Made by a program: the position numbers and the translations under genes
NCBI GenBank assembly: GCA_964016885.1
Contig: OZ024744.1
Span: forward strand, 48,546,001 to 48,610,000
Direction: 5' to 3'
Source of the DNA: Eledone cirrhosa
Taxonomy: Eukaryota
Length of the DNA stretch: 64,000 nucleotides
Notes under the pieces: model-generated
Told to the model about the DNA's origin: nothing
The model's database searches: none
The model's input: only the letters and a program-made list of their open reading frames with translations
Shown: positions 29,675-43,544 of the stretch, one piece after another
How positions within the stretch are numbered: position 1 is the first letter of the stretch
Layout: every line of letters begins with the position of its first letter

Positions 29675-31014
29675 TCGTTCCTGGACATTTAAGCTGTCCT
29701 CAAGCTAATCTGTTTGTTGTTCTAAGTGTATAATGGAGATTTCATTATCTTAACTGCATAGCCATTTTAATTCCCGAACCCCGCCTGAGTATGCTCGTAA
29801 TTCTGTTGTTTTACGATACAAAACTGTTTGTTTTAAAGGGTTAGTGTATATATATATTTATCTAAAAATAACTAACATCATACTTTTATGTAAGAACCTT
29901 TGTAGCGTTATGTTCCAAACCCCAGCTTAACTATTTGATACTTGGTTCTGTGATACAAAACTGCTTGTTTTCATATTGATTTTAAAAAAATATAATAACG
30001 TTCGTCATAATTTTATATAAGAACATTTGTTAAATTATGTTCCAAACACCAGCTTCTGAAGTTTATTACATTACTAGTATTACAAAATACTTTCATATTC
30101 TTGATTATTTTTCAAACTCTTTGAAAACCTCAGGCCCGTCTCTCATTAGAAATATTTTAATAAAAGAGTCGAAGTATTTACCGTAAATGTATAAGTGTAT
30201 AAGTCGATCTATTTTATGTCTGAGAAATGGGCAAAAGTCTAAACCCCATGGATAAGCCGAGGCAGCCAATCAACATATTGTTTAGATGGCATGGTTTTGA
30301 AATTCTCGGGAGTGGAGAATATTTTTATGAAGTTTTAATATTTTATACCTAAAATGATTTTAAATGTCCTCTTGGGTATAGTATATTTTTTTGTTTCACA
30401 ACTCCATTACATAATGAAAAAGTTTTTCTGGGTGTAAACATGTTTTTATTTAACATACAAATCGAATAAAACGCATATAGGAATTACAAGACGAAAATAG
30501 AAACAAAACTAAAGTGAAATTATATGGAGAGGACAAATATGTGTAGAATTAAATGTACAACATTTAAGTGGAACAAGGTGTGCCGAAGAAGAAACAAAAC
30601 AAACACAGAGTAAATGACGCCCAGAGAGGAAATGTTTGGCTGGAATCAACGGCTACAACTGGACGGTGTAACACCGAGACAATAGTCATGTCATAAGAAA
30701 GGAAAATGGTCACTCCTTGACAGTGTCTGACTGCCTTGTTGGACACTGCAATCCACCATGGACCAACAATACCGTCGGAAGGATCGAAACTACGTCCATT
30801 TCTACGGCAGATGACCGCGGAGTTATTGGACTTGTTGCTAGTCTTGCAATACTATCTGAGACACTCGCGGTCCTCTCTTTTCTTCTGTTCTTTAGTTTTA
30901 TATATATAGAGAGAGATTTTGAGTATATGTTGGTTGTATACCAACACTTCAGTATGCAGGCTGGAGCACTCGACGTTGTGCGCAGGTTGGTTTGGTTACT
31001 CCGGAGTAATGTAA

Positions 31015-31295
31015 AATAAAGTAAAATAAATAAGTCAAATGTTTAAAATTTAGCTTCGTTTATTACTGCTATATATATTTCGGTGACAGCCTCAGTGAAA
31101 TAACAACCCAACCAGGAACTGGGCATATCAGAGTATTGACAAAATTATACACCTCAACAACATATGTACTTGTCTATACCACACTAATTCGGACTGCCTG
31201 AAGAGGTCACAGCCAAAGATGGCTGTCACCGAAATATATATAGCTAAATTATATAGCTAAATTTTAAACATTTGACTTATTGATTTTACTTTATT
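31015..31295 (+). mobile_element. PLE pLTR-like module with inverted 5' copy and HHR (31193-31244)
   Basis: ACTGC-CTGAAGA-GGTCACAGCCA(AAGA)TGGCTGTCACC-GAAA-TATATATA^GC. 31015-31091 is the inverted 3' half, breaking within stem II. Confidence 0.8.
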
Positions 31296-31305
31296 ATATA
31301 TATAT

Positions 31306-31336
<31 letters not shown>

Positions 31337-31381
31337 ATATATATATATATAATATATATATATATATATAATATATATAAT

Positions 31382-31415
<34 letters not shown>

Positions 31416-31417
31416 AT

Positions 31418-31451
<34 letters not shown>

Positions 31452-31806
31452 ATATATATATATAATATATATATATATATATAATATATATATATATAAT
31501 ATATATATATAATATATATATATATAATATATATATATATATAATATATATATATATATATAATATATATATATAATATAATATATATATATAATATATA
31601 TATATAATATATAATATATATAATATATAATATATATAATATATATATAATATATATATATAATATATATATATAATATATAATATATATAATATATAAT
31701 ATATATAATATATATATAATATATATAATATATATATATATATATATAATATATATATATTATATATATATATATATAATATATATATATATTATATATA
31801 TATATA

Positions 31807-31840
<34 letters not shown>

Positions 31841-31984
31841 CCGTATTTTCCGGCGCCGAATCTTGACAACCAAAAGTTTGAAAAAAAAATAATTAATAAA
31901 CAACCTTCGGCCTCCAGAACACATGGTAGATTTTTGAGACTTATTTTAGGGAAAAAGAAGCGTCCTCGACGCCGGGATATATGG
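31841..31984. mobile_element. Tc1/pogo-type MITE
   Basis: TA|CCGTATTTTCCGGCG ... CGCCGGGATATATGG|TA. Confidence 0.7.
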
Positions 31985-32085
31985 TATATATACAAATATA
32001 TATATATATATATATATACAAATATATATATATACAAATATATATATATATATATATATACAAATATATATATATATATATATAT

Positions 32086-32162
<77 letters not shown>

Positions 32163-32191
32163 AATATATATATATATATATATACATACAA

Positions 32192-32272
<81 letters not shown>

Positions 32273-32469
32273 AATATATATATATATATATATAAATATA
32301 CAAATATATATATATATATATATACAAATATATACAAATATATATATATATATATATATATACAAATATATATGTATATACAAATATATATATATATACA
32401 AATATATATATATATACAAATATATATATATATACAAATATATATATATATACAAATATATATATATAT

Positions 32470-32510
<41 letters not shown>

Positions 32511-32592
32511 TTATTCTGGGTTGAATCGGAGGTAAACACAGTAAGTAAGGTACTCAATACATAGCAGAGTATAAAAGTTTTAATATAGATGA

Positions 32593-32641
32593 GATTCTAC
32601 AGGACTAGAACTATTTCATTCTTTAGAAATCATCAGGAATC
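32593..32641 (-). ncRNA. Hammerhead ribozyme, left arm of palindrome 32577-32711
   Basis: GATTC-CTGATGA-TTTCTAAAGAAT-GAAA-TAGTTCTAGTCCTGTA^GAATC. Confidence 0.7.
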
Positions 32642-32645
32642 ACAT

Positions 32646-32694
32646 GATTCCTGATGATTTCTAAAGAATGAAACAGTTCTAGTCCTGTAGAATC
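32646..32694 (+). ncRNA. Hammerhead ribozyme, right arm of palindrome 32577-32711
   Basis: GATTC-CTGATGA-TTTCTAAAGAAT-GAAA-CAG(TTCTAGTC)CTGTA^GAATC. Confidence 0.75.
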
Positions 32695-33589
32695 TCATCT
32701 ATATTAAAACTATATATATATATAGTCTTTTAACGTTTATATGGTCGTAAATGTATGTGTGTATGTCACTGTCTATGCATGATTATAAATAAATGTGTAT
32801 GTCTGTGTGTGTGTTAATGTTTCAGCATATCAAATTATCTTTGTAAGTTTTTATTTATCATAACAATGTTTCAATGGACAAGATATATGTGTGCATAACT
32901 ACAGTATACTGCCCCCACCTCAATTTGTTTCCTTGCAACTTCCGTAAAATTGCATATTTTGCAAATATATGTTCTGGATGTGTGCATTACAAGAAAGATG
33001 ATAAATGTTTTTACAACATTATAATTTTCACTCACGGAAATTACCGGAAGTATCCGTATGCATCATTCCAGATATTTTGGCGTCTTTTTAATTTAGATGT
33101 TGAAGTTGGTGAAAATCTGCAAAATACTGATCTCAAATATAAGTTGACATCTCTTTTTATCATTAATTTGTTTTTTTTGTCACATATTTCTCGACTTATA
33201 CACGAGTATATATACGGTATTTTCGTGGTTCCAACTCAACTTCTTGTTACAGTAATTTGGCATGTTTGCAGAGTCACGAGGTAACTAAATCTTAATGGTT
33301 CACACTTTATTTATATTGCAGAGTTATCTGTGCGACATTGATCATATAAGAATGGCTGAAAGCTTAACATAAACATTTTTCATCTCTTCGAAATGATGAA
33401 TATATCATCACTATCACAACCACCACTAGAGAGGTTGTCAGGTCCTTGGAAAAACTAAAAGAATCCATGTAAAAGAGGAATTTGGTAAATGAAAACTGTG
33501 TGGCAGTCCGTGGACATTTAGCTAGGTAGTTATTTATTTTTAAAACACATACACACATACATAACTATCTATCAGAAAATAATAAACAA

Positions 33590-34060
33590 ATAATGATTTG
33601 GGTACCAGGCCATACAGATATTAGTGGGGGCGGGGGTAGGGTAGGAAGGCAGATGAATTAGCAGAACGGGAAATAATGGATATAGATTACATTCCAAATC
33701 TATCGTGAGTCAAATCATTCAGCAAAAACATAATTAGTCAAGGGTGGGAAAAATTGGGGAAGAATCTAGAGATAAGCTCTCAAATTTCAATCCTCCAGTA
33801 TCTAAGTCAGATCTGTCAACGTTTAAAATATATCAGACACTGAATAGTATTAATAAACAAAGGCTATGTTGGTTACGAATGGGCCATATACCCTTGAACT
33901 ATATTTTATCAAGAACAGGTCATATAGAATCACTTCCATGTTCTTGTGGAGCCTACCCAGAAACTCTATGGCACTATTTATTTCAATGTAGAAAAAAAAC
34001 TATTATTCTGAGAGAGGGAACATCTTGAAGCTGGTCTTTAAATAACTACCAAGATTCGAG
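33590..34060 (+). pseudogene. RNase H-bearing LINE (I-group) ORF2 C-terminus relic
   Basis: IWVPGHTDISG...KADELA (RNase H end), LRMGH and CSCGAYPETLWHYLFQC (CCHC-type knuckle). Confidence 0.8.
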
Positions 34061-34203
34061 GTGCATCATCTGTAAATATGGAGGCTTCATAAAGATTCTA
34101 CAACAAACTTTTAGCTGCTATATAGAGGTCCTTGTTTTCTCCCTTTTTTTATATATGCTTCTTTTGCCTTTTGATGTCCTTGTTTTCTCACTTTATCTAT
34201 ACA

Positions 34204-34410
34204 TCTATACATATATATAAAACTGAAATTGTCTGTGTGTGTGTGTCCTAATTTTTGCAAAGTCTATACAAATCCACATTTCTACTCCGATTGACTTCAA
34301 ACTTGCATTTATATATTCCTTGCGGTCTAAAGATATTAACTGCAGCTTTTATTTTTCAATTTTCTGTTGTTAAAGGCGTGTTAGGCGCCGGTTAAATCTC
34401 TCTTTCTCTC

Positions 34411-34456
<46 letters not shown>

Positions 34457-35712
34457 TTTCTTACTTAGTCTGTCTTTTTAGATAGATACATAGCTATAAC
34501 GTCACGCCCTTATAATATGTGTCTATATATCTGGCTGCCTGCATTACGACATTGTGAAAACATTTTTCTCATTGCTGACATATTATCTTCTCTATTTTCC
34601 GTTCATTTCAGAGAACGTCTTCACGAACCAAAGTATCGTCTTCCTGTTTTCCTTCGGTTGCAACGTTTTTCGAAATATTTACTTCTTCGTTCACAGATTG
34701 ATTTTTTTAGTTTCAGAAGATCCCGTTAAGGGTGAAAGCAACGATTCTTTGCTTAAACTTTGATCTGTTATTTTAATATATATATATATAATTATATATT
34801 CGTGTACAGATATTTTTGCATACACAAAAACAAAATGTAAACAAACGTATTTATTTCACGAAAGCACAGACGGCTTATCGTCATTGTTACTGCCGATATG
34901 CCACCCAAAAGTCCCACTACTTTTGGCACAAGGACAGCAATTACATAGTCAACGGTTCGGAAATCACATGTATCACTGATGAGTTTACTCCTTACTCTAC
35001 CAGTTAGTCTTAGTGTACTTCGTCCTGCTTTTAGGTCATGCCTCGAAGGAAGAGATACTCCATTGGCCGAAATACTGCGAAAGCGACAAGAAAAAGAACA
35101 AAGCGGGCAAACGAATCGTCAGTGGAATCTGCTATTCGATGGTCGCAAGATGCTGAACGTACTGCCACCAGAAGAACACTTGAAACAGACAACCAACAAA
35201 CCATTCGCCGAACCGTGTCAGCTTTGCAATGTCTATCAACAAATCCCAGGGTCAGACCCTAGCTGTTGCTGGTCTTCTTTTGGAAGAGTCATGTTTTTCA
35301 CATGGGCAACTATACGTTGGCTGCTCAAGAGTGGGAAGCAAGACAAATCTCTTTGCATATGCCTGACACGGAAAAACAAGGAACATTGTGTACAAGGAGG
35401 TGCTACAATCATTGTTTAGGTAGACAAGGCAGAAGGGAATATACATTGGCTGAAGAAGGACGAGACTGTGTTAGTAGTACAACCAATAGCTGCTATCACA
35501 CCAAGAGCAGCAAAAACAACAAACAAGAGAAGGAACGCAATTACATGCTTTTGAAAAATCTTAATGGAAAATGATTTGCCTAAGCACACAATGTAGACAC
35601 CATCCCCAGGCCGAGGTATTCCTTCCGTACTTCTCTGTACTGTTTCAGAAAGGAGGGATAAACATGCCAATCTATGTTTAGAAACCCGAGCAGCGCCGGT
35701 CCATTCTGCTAG
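34204..35712 (+). mobile_element. Internally deleted Helitron
   Basis: 5' TCTATAC...AAAACTGAAATTGTCTGTG. MPRRKR start at 35038 lies next to the PIF1 helicase C-terminus FAMSINKSQGQTL...CFSHGQLYVGCSRV...TRNIVYKEVL (~35218-35410). 3' hairpin then CTAG|T. Confidence 0.85.
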
Positions 35713-35713
35713 T

Positions 35714-35787
<74 letters not shown>

Positions 35788-35795
<8 letters not shown>

Positions 35796-36309
35796 AAAGT
35801 TTGTCCTTCATCAGTGGTCTTCCAACCATCATAGGCATTTCATCGCTTTAAAGACCATATACCTCCGGTTGGTGCGAGCAACGGCTAAAAAAAGTCGTTG
35901 GGACACGTAAATAAAGGGGACGCGAGGGTAAACAAACAAAATGGTGAAGCATTCTCTCTCTCTCTCGTCTACGATTTCACAGAACTTATGTTTACCGAAT
36001 TCGCAGACCAGACCCCTTCTTTCTCCCGTTAGACCTGTGCGAAATTCCTTCCTTGCTCACATTTCAACCAGGTTTGATGGTCTTTATTCTCTCGTTCACG
36101 ATTTCACCGAATTTAAATTCATAGAAATCTGGGACTTGTCTCTCTCTTCCTCACTTTCTGTTGCTTCACCCTCGCGTCCCCTTTATTTACGTGTCCCAAC
36201 GACTTTTTTTAGCCGTTGCTCGCACCAACCAGAGGTATCTGGTCTTTAAAGCGATGAAATGCCTATGATGGTTGGAAGACCACTGATGAAGGACAAACTT
36301 TTTTCATAT
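35788..36309. repeat. Inverted repeat, ~142-bp near-perfect arms with ~238-bp spacer
   Basis: 35788-35930 is the reverse complement of 36169-36309; flanked by TA tracts. Confidence 0.9.
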
Positions 36310-36338
36310 GTAACCCATTTGCAACCCCGCAGCGTCCT

Positions 36339-36382
<44 letters not shown>

Positions 36383-36489
36383 TTCTTTTGCCTTCTGATG
36401 TCCTCTTTCCTTCGTTTTCTCTCTTTCTCTCTCATGCTTTTGTTTTTAAGGAGAATTAGAATACGTCTCCTAATCTGTCATGGCGTACT

Positions 36490-37410
36490 AGCTCTGTACG
36501 GATGCTACAGAACCTACCATGTTGTGACCAAAACAGTACGAGTAAGCTTAGCAAACGTTATAAGTGGTACATCTCTTCATTATTTACATCAACAACGTGA
36601 TAGACATCATCAATCACAGTAAAAAATAATAATCTTTGCAGATGATTCCAGGTTCCAGAAGGTTATCAATGGGAGACTGGACATGACTTTAATCAGATCT
36701 ATTTATTTTTGTTGAATATACAATATACTACTAGAAAAAAAGATAAATTTGAGTTAATCCACTTTGGAAAAGAGGATGTTACCATATTCTCTTCTCTCAA
36801 ACCATCATGGCATCCAACAACACCAGAGACCTTGGAGTAATTGTTGGTAACAACTTATGCTGAAGTACCCACATAAACAACAAAGTTGACATGGCAGGAT
36901 GTGTTCCTGTATTCTTTCTGATTTACAGATATTCCCACCAGTATTCTTCCCTTCTCTACTTTTGTCTCCACCTTGAATAATGCTGTCCACTGTGGTCTTC
37001 CTACATGAAAATTGAAACACCCCAGAACTACAAAAAAAGATAGTATGACAGGCCTATTTGGGGTCAACTAGAAAAACTGAAGCTCTAGAAAAACTCTCCA
37101 ATGCCGCTGTGAGCACTACATCATTTGTTATGATGTAGAATGTGGAAAATATTCCATTAACATTGCCCAAATGATGTTGGCTGCAATTTAAAAATTCATA
37201 CACGGCTTGATCTCTTTTCTATCTACATCATACAAAAATGCACCTCGCATTACATAACAAGATTACGACACAACTACTTCACCTCAACTGATCCTGCTCT
37301 CTTTAACATCATTAAAAAATTGATCAAAACAGAAAAATATCCCATAAAATTCAAGATATTCCTTGACAAATTCCCCAAGAAATTACAGATAACCTCGACC
37401 TACCAACAAG
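36490..37410 (+). pseudogene. CR1/L2-like LINE RT relic
   Basis: IFADDSR, RDLGV, and a C-terminus homologous to 11225-11580. Confidence 0.7.
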
Positions 37411-37560
37411 TCTTTGTTGGAGTAGGACATGGTATCTAATACATGACTGAGAACTGAATTGTGATCTGAAAGGCTTTCCCATAGACGTGGATTGGACTTT
37501 TACAAGCCGAACAAGTGTGTATATATATATATATATATATATACACACGCACACACACAC

Positions 37561-37597
<37 letters not shown>

Positions 37598-37599
<2 letters not shown>

Positions 37600-37793
37600 C
37601 GAAGGAAATGAGGTAAGGAACCAGATGGACCATAACGCACCAGAGTACTCAATACTTAGGGTAGTAGAGTGGGTAATAGGAAAATGTATGACCCCGACGG
37701 CAGAGCTCAAGCCGTTTCGACGGCTATTTCTGAACCAGAAATAGCCGTCGAAACGGCTTGAGCTCTGCTGTCGGGGTCATACTTTTTCCTATA
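37598..37793. mobile_element. PLE pLTR-like module with fold-back palindrome (twin of 6151-6345)
   Basis: CGTTTCGACGGCTATTTCT(GAACC)AGAAATAGCCGTCGAAACG. Confidence 0.75.
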
Positions 37794-38171
37794 TATATAT
37801 ATATAAATCAGGATAGAGCAGAATTTAAAACTAGTTAGACCCATTACTCACCAGCATATTCGATACTTGGGGTAGTAGAGTATGGTTATATTATGAAGAG
37901 TCGGGACCCGACGGCTAACCTCCAGCTGTTTCAACAGTTAGTTCCATATACATACAGAGAGAGAGGGGGGGGAGAGAAATAATGTATGTATATGTATATA
38001 TATAATGTACATATATAAATATATTATATATGTATTTACATGTAATATAATAAATAATGTATATAATAAAGTTTAATAAGTCGAAAGAGATCAACTTAGT
38101 AGATCCCTAAACTCCTGATTGTATTATTATTTAACATATATATGTGTGCGTATACGTGTTTGTGAGCGAGC

Positions 38172-38209
<38 letters not shown>

Positions 38210-38959
38210 AAGAACCAGGCAAGAAAAAAATAGTGAGGTCGATATGGTCGACAAAAATCCATTTCAAGTCGGTGCCCCAGCATGGCCACAATTTAATGAC
38301 TGAAACCAGTAAAAGATTAAAAAGCTGGCATGTATTTAATCCCCTTAAAAATAAATTTTCAATGTCTTTATTCTAACTAAAAGTGACATTTTAACAAAAA
38401 TATAGTGTCTGCTTAGCGAAATATTCCTTTAAAAATGCGTTGGAAGATATTTTCTGCGTGTTTTTGCGATATCTTGGTAAATTAAATTTTCACGTTTGCT
38501 GTTTCAAATTTTTTGAAATTGTGTTTGCTAATATATATATATATATTCGTGTGTGGATGTATATATATATATATATAAATACATACGCAGACTTACACAC
38601 ACATATATATATATATACATATATATGTGTGTGTGTGTGTGCGTATGCATATATAAATTATATGGCATTATATTATGTGTCTGTGTGTATTTGTTAGCAG
38701 AGAAAACAAATGTTAAGTGATGATGATGTATATATATATATGAGTGTGTGTATGCATATATATATATATGCATACATATATATATATTTACATACAAACA
38801 CATACATATATACATACATACACACACACATACATACATATACACATATACACACATATGGCGTTCACTTTAATCCCCAGACTTGATTTTGCTCGTTAGA
38901 ATGTTTTCCTGGGATTAACGAAGACTTTAATCTCCGAACCTTCTGTCAAATTGAGGAGA

Positions 38960-38995
<36 letters not shown>

Positions 38996-39252
38996 CGTTT
39001 AACGTGTTTTTCATATATATATATATATATATATGTATTATATACAATTTAACGTGTTTTTTTCCATTCCTTACACACATGCACGCACACTTACATATAT
39101 AATGTGTCTGTATATGTGCATGTGTGTGTGTGTGTGTGTGATGTGTGTGTGTGTGTAAAGATGTGCAACTTATCCGTTAATGCACGCTACAACCATATAT
39201 ACACGCACACTAACACACTATCTATGTACTGCAAGCATACATACACACTCAT

Positions 39253-39421
<169 letters not shown>

Positions 39422-39498
39422 CACATATATATATATATATACACATATATATATATATACACATATATATATATATATACACATATATATATATACAC

Positions 39499-39685
<187 letters not shown>

Positions 39686-39730
39686 CATATATATATACAT
39701 ATATATATACATATATATATACATATATAC

Positions 39731-39761
<31 letters not shown>

Positions 39762-39832
39762 CATATATATATACATATATACATATATATATATATATAC
39801 ATATATATATACATATATATATACATATATAT

Positions 39833-39879
<47 letters not shown>

Positions 39880-39982
39880 CATATATATATATATTTATAC
39901 ATACATATATATATATATATTTATACATACATATATATATAGGTATATCAGATATATAATTTTATATATATTTATACATACG

Positions 39983-40019
<37 letters not shown>

Positions 40020-40168
40020 ATACACACACACACACAAACATTCACACACACACCCAAAGAAAGAATATAAAAAAAAATAATAAATACAACAACAACAACA
40101 ACAGCAAAAATAATAATAATATAATAATAATAATAATAATGACGACAACAATGATAACAAAAAAAAAT

Positions 40169-40199
<31 letters not shown>

Positions 40200-41765
40200 G
40201 TAATAAATATATATATACAAAATATAACAATTATAAATAATGAATGGCTGGGAGAGGGCGGTTCGCATCGTAGCTGAGATTAATGCGGAAAATTTTTATA
40301 TAACCGCAAAATGGAAGACAAACTTCCTCTAGAAAAACGGGGAAAACATTCTGCCGCCTTCTTCTGTTTTATATAACAATAAACATAATAGAATCTTGTT
40401 TTGTTTTTTGTTAAACCCTTCCTCCTCCCCTAAAATTTCTCTCCCCATATTATAAAGGTATTTTCTCTCTCTCTCTCTCTTTCTTTACTTTTTCTTCTCT
40501 TTTCTTTTTTCTTCCTTTCTCTCCATTTTCTTTCACTTTTTTCCTTCTCTCTCTCTTTTCTTTTCTCTCCATTTTCATTTACTTCTCTCTCTTTTTCTTT
40601 TTCCCATCATTCTCACCCACTTTCTTTTTCATTTTCTTTTTTTTTTTGCTCCTTTTCTCGCTTGTTTTTCTGTCTCTCTCTCCTCTCTTTTTTCTTCCTC
40701 TTCTTCTCTCTCTCTATTCTTTTCCTTTAGTCATTTCATTTAGAAGGGCCCGCCAAACATACATCTCCCATCCTTTTTTCTTCACTTCTCATCTTTCTCT
40801 CATGTTTCTTCTCCATCTTAAATATTTGTCGAATTTCAATAGATTTTTTTTTTCTTTTGCGTTTTTTTTTTTCCGATTTCCGATTTCATGTTTCAAATAA
40901 CACACACTCACACGCGCATAGTCGTACATACACCCACACACACTCACACTCACTCACCCACCCCACCCCCATACACACACAGCTAAATGCACAAGCAGGC
41001 ACCCAGACATTCACACACACAGTTGCACAACCACACACAAATAAATGCATAGACAGACACATACACAAGCAGCCGCATATACACACACTCAGATGCACAC
41101 ACACACATACAGGCGCACACATACGCACGCACACACACACACACACGCGCGCGCGCAGAGAAATCAATTTGTTTGCGATATTTTCTATTTTTATAAACGT
41201 TTCCGGGTTATTTTTTCTCCATAGAAAGAAGAGACAAGAAGTATATGCGTACATATATGTATGTATGTATGTATGTACGTATGTATGTATATATATATGT
41301 ATATGTATATATGTATGTTTGTATGTATGTATCTATGTGTTTGTGAATGAATGTATGAATGCATGTATGTATGTATATATGTATGTGTCTGTATTAAGTA
41401 TTTCTTTGTGTATGTGTCTGTATGTTTGCTATCATAGTACCCATCGAAAACGACGGAGTCTACAGTATAAAACATTTAATTTAATAATTCTTTGATTACA
41501 ATATGCCATCCCCTACTTTCCTTGGGCTTATTCTTGTCACCCCAGCCATCGTTGTATTTTATTTCACATTCATTTAAATCAATTACATTAGTTTACCTTC
41601 AAATTATGTTTAATCATTATCAAACATATATCTACTAACTTACGTTAACATTGTTATGTCTCAATGTCTGACTGTTTTTCTGTTTGTTTGTCTGTTTTTG
41701 CCTGTCTGTCTGCCTGACTCTCTGCCTTCCCCCTATCTCTCTCCATATATATATATACAAATATA

Positions 41766-41846
<81 letters not shown>

Positions 41847-41959
41847 GCAAGTGGAAGCTTAGGCTGTGGCCAAGCAAAGTCGGCCTACAATAAGGAATGA
41901 GTAGCAAAGCACTCAATAAGGGTAGGTCCTTAGAGTAATAACATTGCACACACACACAT

Positions 41960-42017
<58 letters not shown>

Positions 42018-42219
42018 TGATCGTCTGGTTATTGGGATTTGTGTGTTATATTGTTGATGTTTTTATTGTTGCTCTTCTCCAAAGACAGATACATTGGTAA
42101 ATGTCCAAAAGGTGATGTTTGGATTACTTGGCTAAGGCAATGGTTACAGTCGTTGCTGTTAGTATGTGTGCCTATGTACATATATAAGTACACAGACATT
42201 CAGTATTCAGTGTTGAAAT

Positions 42220-43432
42220 AGCCGTTTGACTTCATGGGGCTCTCTCCTGCTGATGGCCAGCTTCAGAAGTTTGTGATCTTCAGCTTGACAAGCAATGAAA
42301 CCTGGGTTTTAGCTGAATTCTCTAGGTTTCTATGGGAAAAAGTGTTGCTATATATCTCATCCAAAATGAAGTGTTTCCCACTGTGGAATGGGAAGATTGT
42401 GATACCATTGAGCAGTGATGGAAAGTCAGTAGAGGCAAATACTTGACAGAACAGCCCCTAATAACTGAAAATCCTGACTAATAGTTTCCGTTGGCCCATC
42501 TATCATTGTGTCATCATGTACCACACATTGGATGGTATCGTGATGCTATGTACAACATTGTCTATCCCAATTGCCAGCAGTGGGGGAGCTTAAGGTGTCA
42601 CCCTGTTGGATACTGGTGGAGGATGAAATGACATTCACAGTGATAAGCATATTTGGAGATCCTTATAATAAGTAGGTCAATGAATATACATGGCACAGCT
42701 GAAACAAACTTCAAATGGTTGCAACTTAGACAGTTCAAGGTATTTCTCATGTTGAGCTTAACAATGGATTGCCTAGAATCTGTGAACGCTGGCTTGAATG
42801 AGTAGTCATTAATGAACTACCTAGCGGAGTGCACAGCCGGTTGACATATATGCGAGCTATGCCAACCTCAATTGTATCGGACTTAGGTCTTTGCTCAGTT
42901 CAGAGACAAGGAGCCAACAGATGACCTTGGCAGCCAGCCTTCTGATGACATTGCCCACAGCAATAGGATGTATGCTTTCTGGACAAAAAGAAGAAGTCAC
43001 AAACAGGGAAAGACTTCATAGCAGTGGCGATATCCGTCTTGGATGAGGGCAGGGTGGAGGTATGGGTCTAAGGTATGTGATATATCACATCACATACTAA
43101 GAACATACATCACTAATATATATATATATACCGGCATACCACCTATGGAATCATCCAAGCAACCTGTCAACATGTTATTTTTATCTAAAGACATTTTTTC
43201 CAATTCCAACCCATCCGTTCCCTCAATCTATCTTATTTCTCATTCTTTCTTCTGATGAAGGACTAGCGTCCAAAACGGTAAGACAATTGTCACTGTTGGC
43301 GCAGCTCCTGCTTCGGCAGTCCAGGTCTGCAATTCATTCGCCTGGCAGACAAAAAGTGCTGCCATAAAATGGGTGGTGCAACCTAACTTTGATAACTTAC
43401 TGACCCCGAGCAACGCCGGGCTTTAATGCTAC
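42220..43432 (+). pseudogene. Possible heavily decayed Helitron helicase region
   Basis: Walker-A-like LDTGGG..TFTV (~42605-42640), a motif-Ia-like relic (~42690-42740), and a Helitron-like 3' hairpin CCCGAGCAACGCCGGG at ~43405. Confidence 0.4.
43248..43283 (+). ncRNA. Minimal HHR, GAAA mutated to AAAA
   Basis: TCTT-CTGATGA-AGGAC(TAGC)GTCC-AAAA-CGGT-AAGA. Confidence 0.55.
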
Positions 43433-43486
43433 TATATTATAAAATAACAGGAGGCTGGACTGGTGTAATTCATTAAAAGATTTATT

Positions 43487-43544
43487 ATACTATGATCATT
43501 TCAATGACCGGGTTCAGTATGAATCCGGTGACATCATCAGGTAT
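43487..43544 (-). ncRNA. Type I hammerhead ribozyme, intact core
   Basis: ATAC-CTGATGA-TGTCACCGGATTCA(TAC)TGAACCCGGTCATT-GAAA-TGATCATA^GTAT; palindromic ATGATCAT stem III. Confidence 0.8.

Larger units (their letters stand above)
30181..33217. mobile_element. Pogo/Tigger-type TIR element with nested insertions
   Basis: TA|CCGTAAATGTATAAGTGTATAAGTCGA ... TCGACTTATACACGAGTATATATACGG|TA. Confidence 0.55.

Noticed and set aside
36256-36292. Possible type II hammerhead (GAAA...TGGT/ACCA-CTGATGA)
   Set aside because: No NUH triplet before the putative stem I, and no stem II partner.
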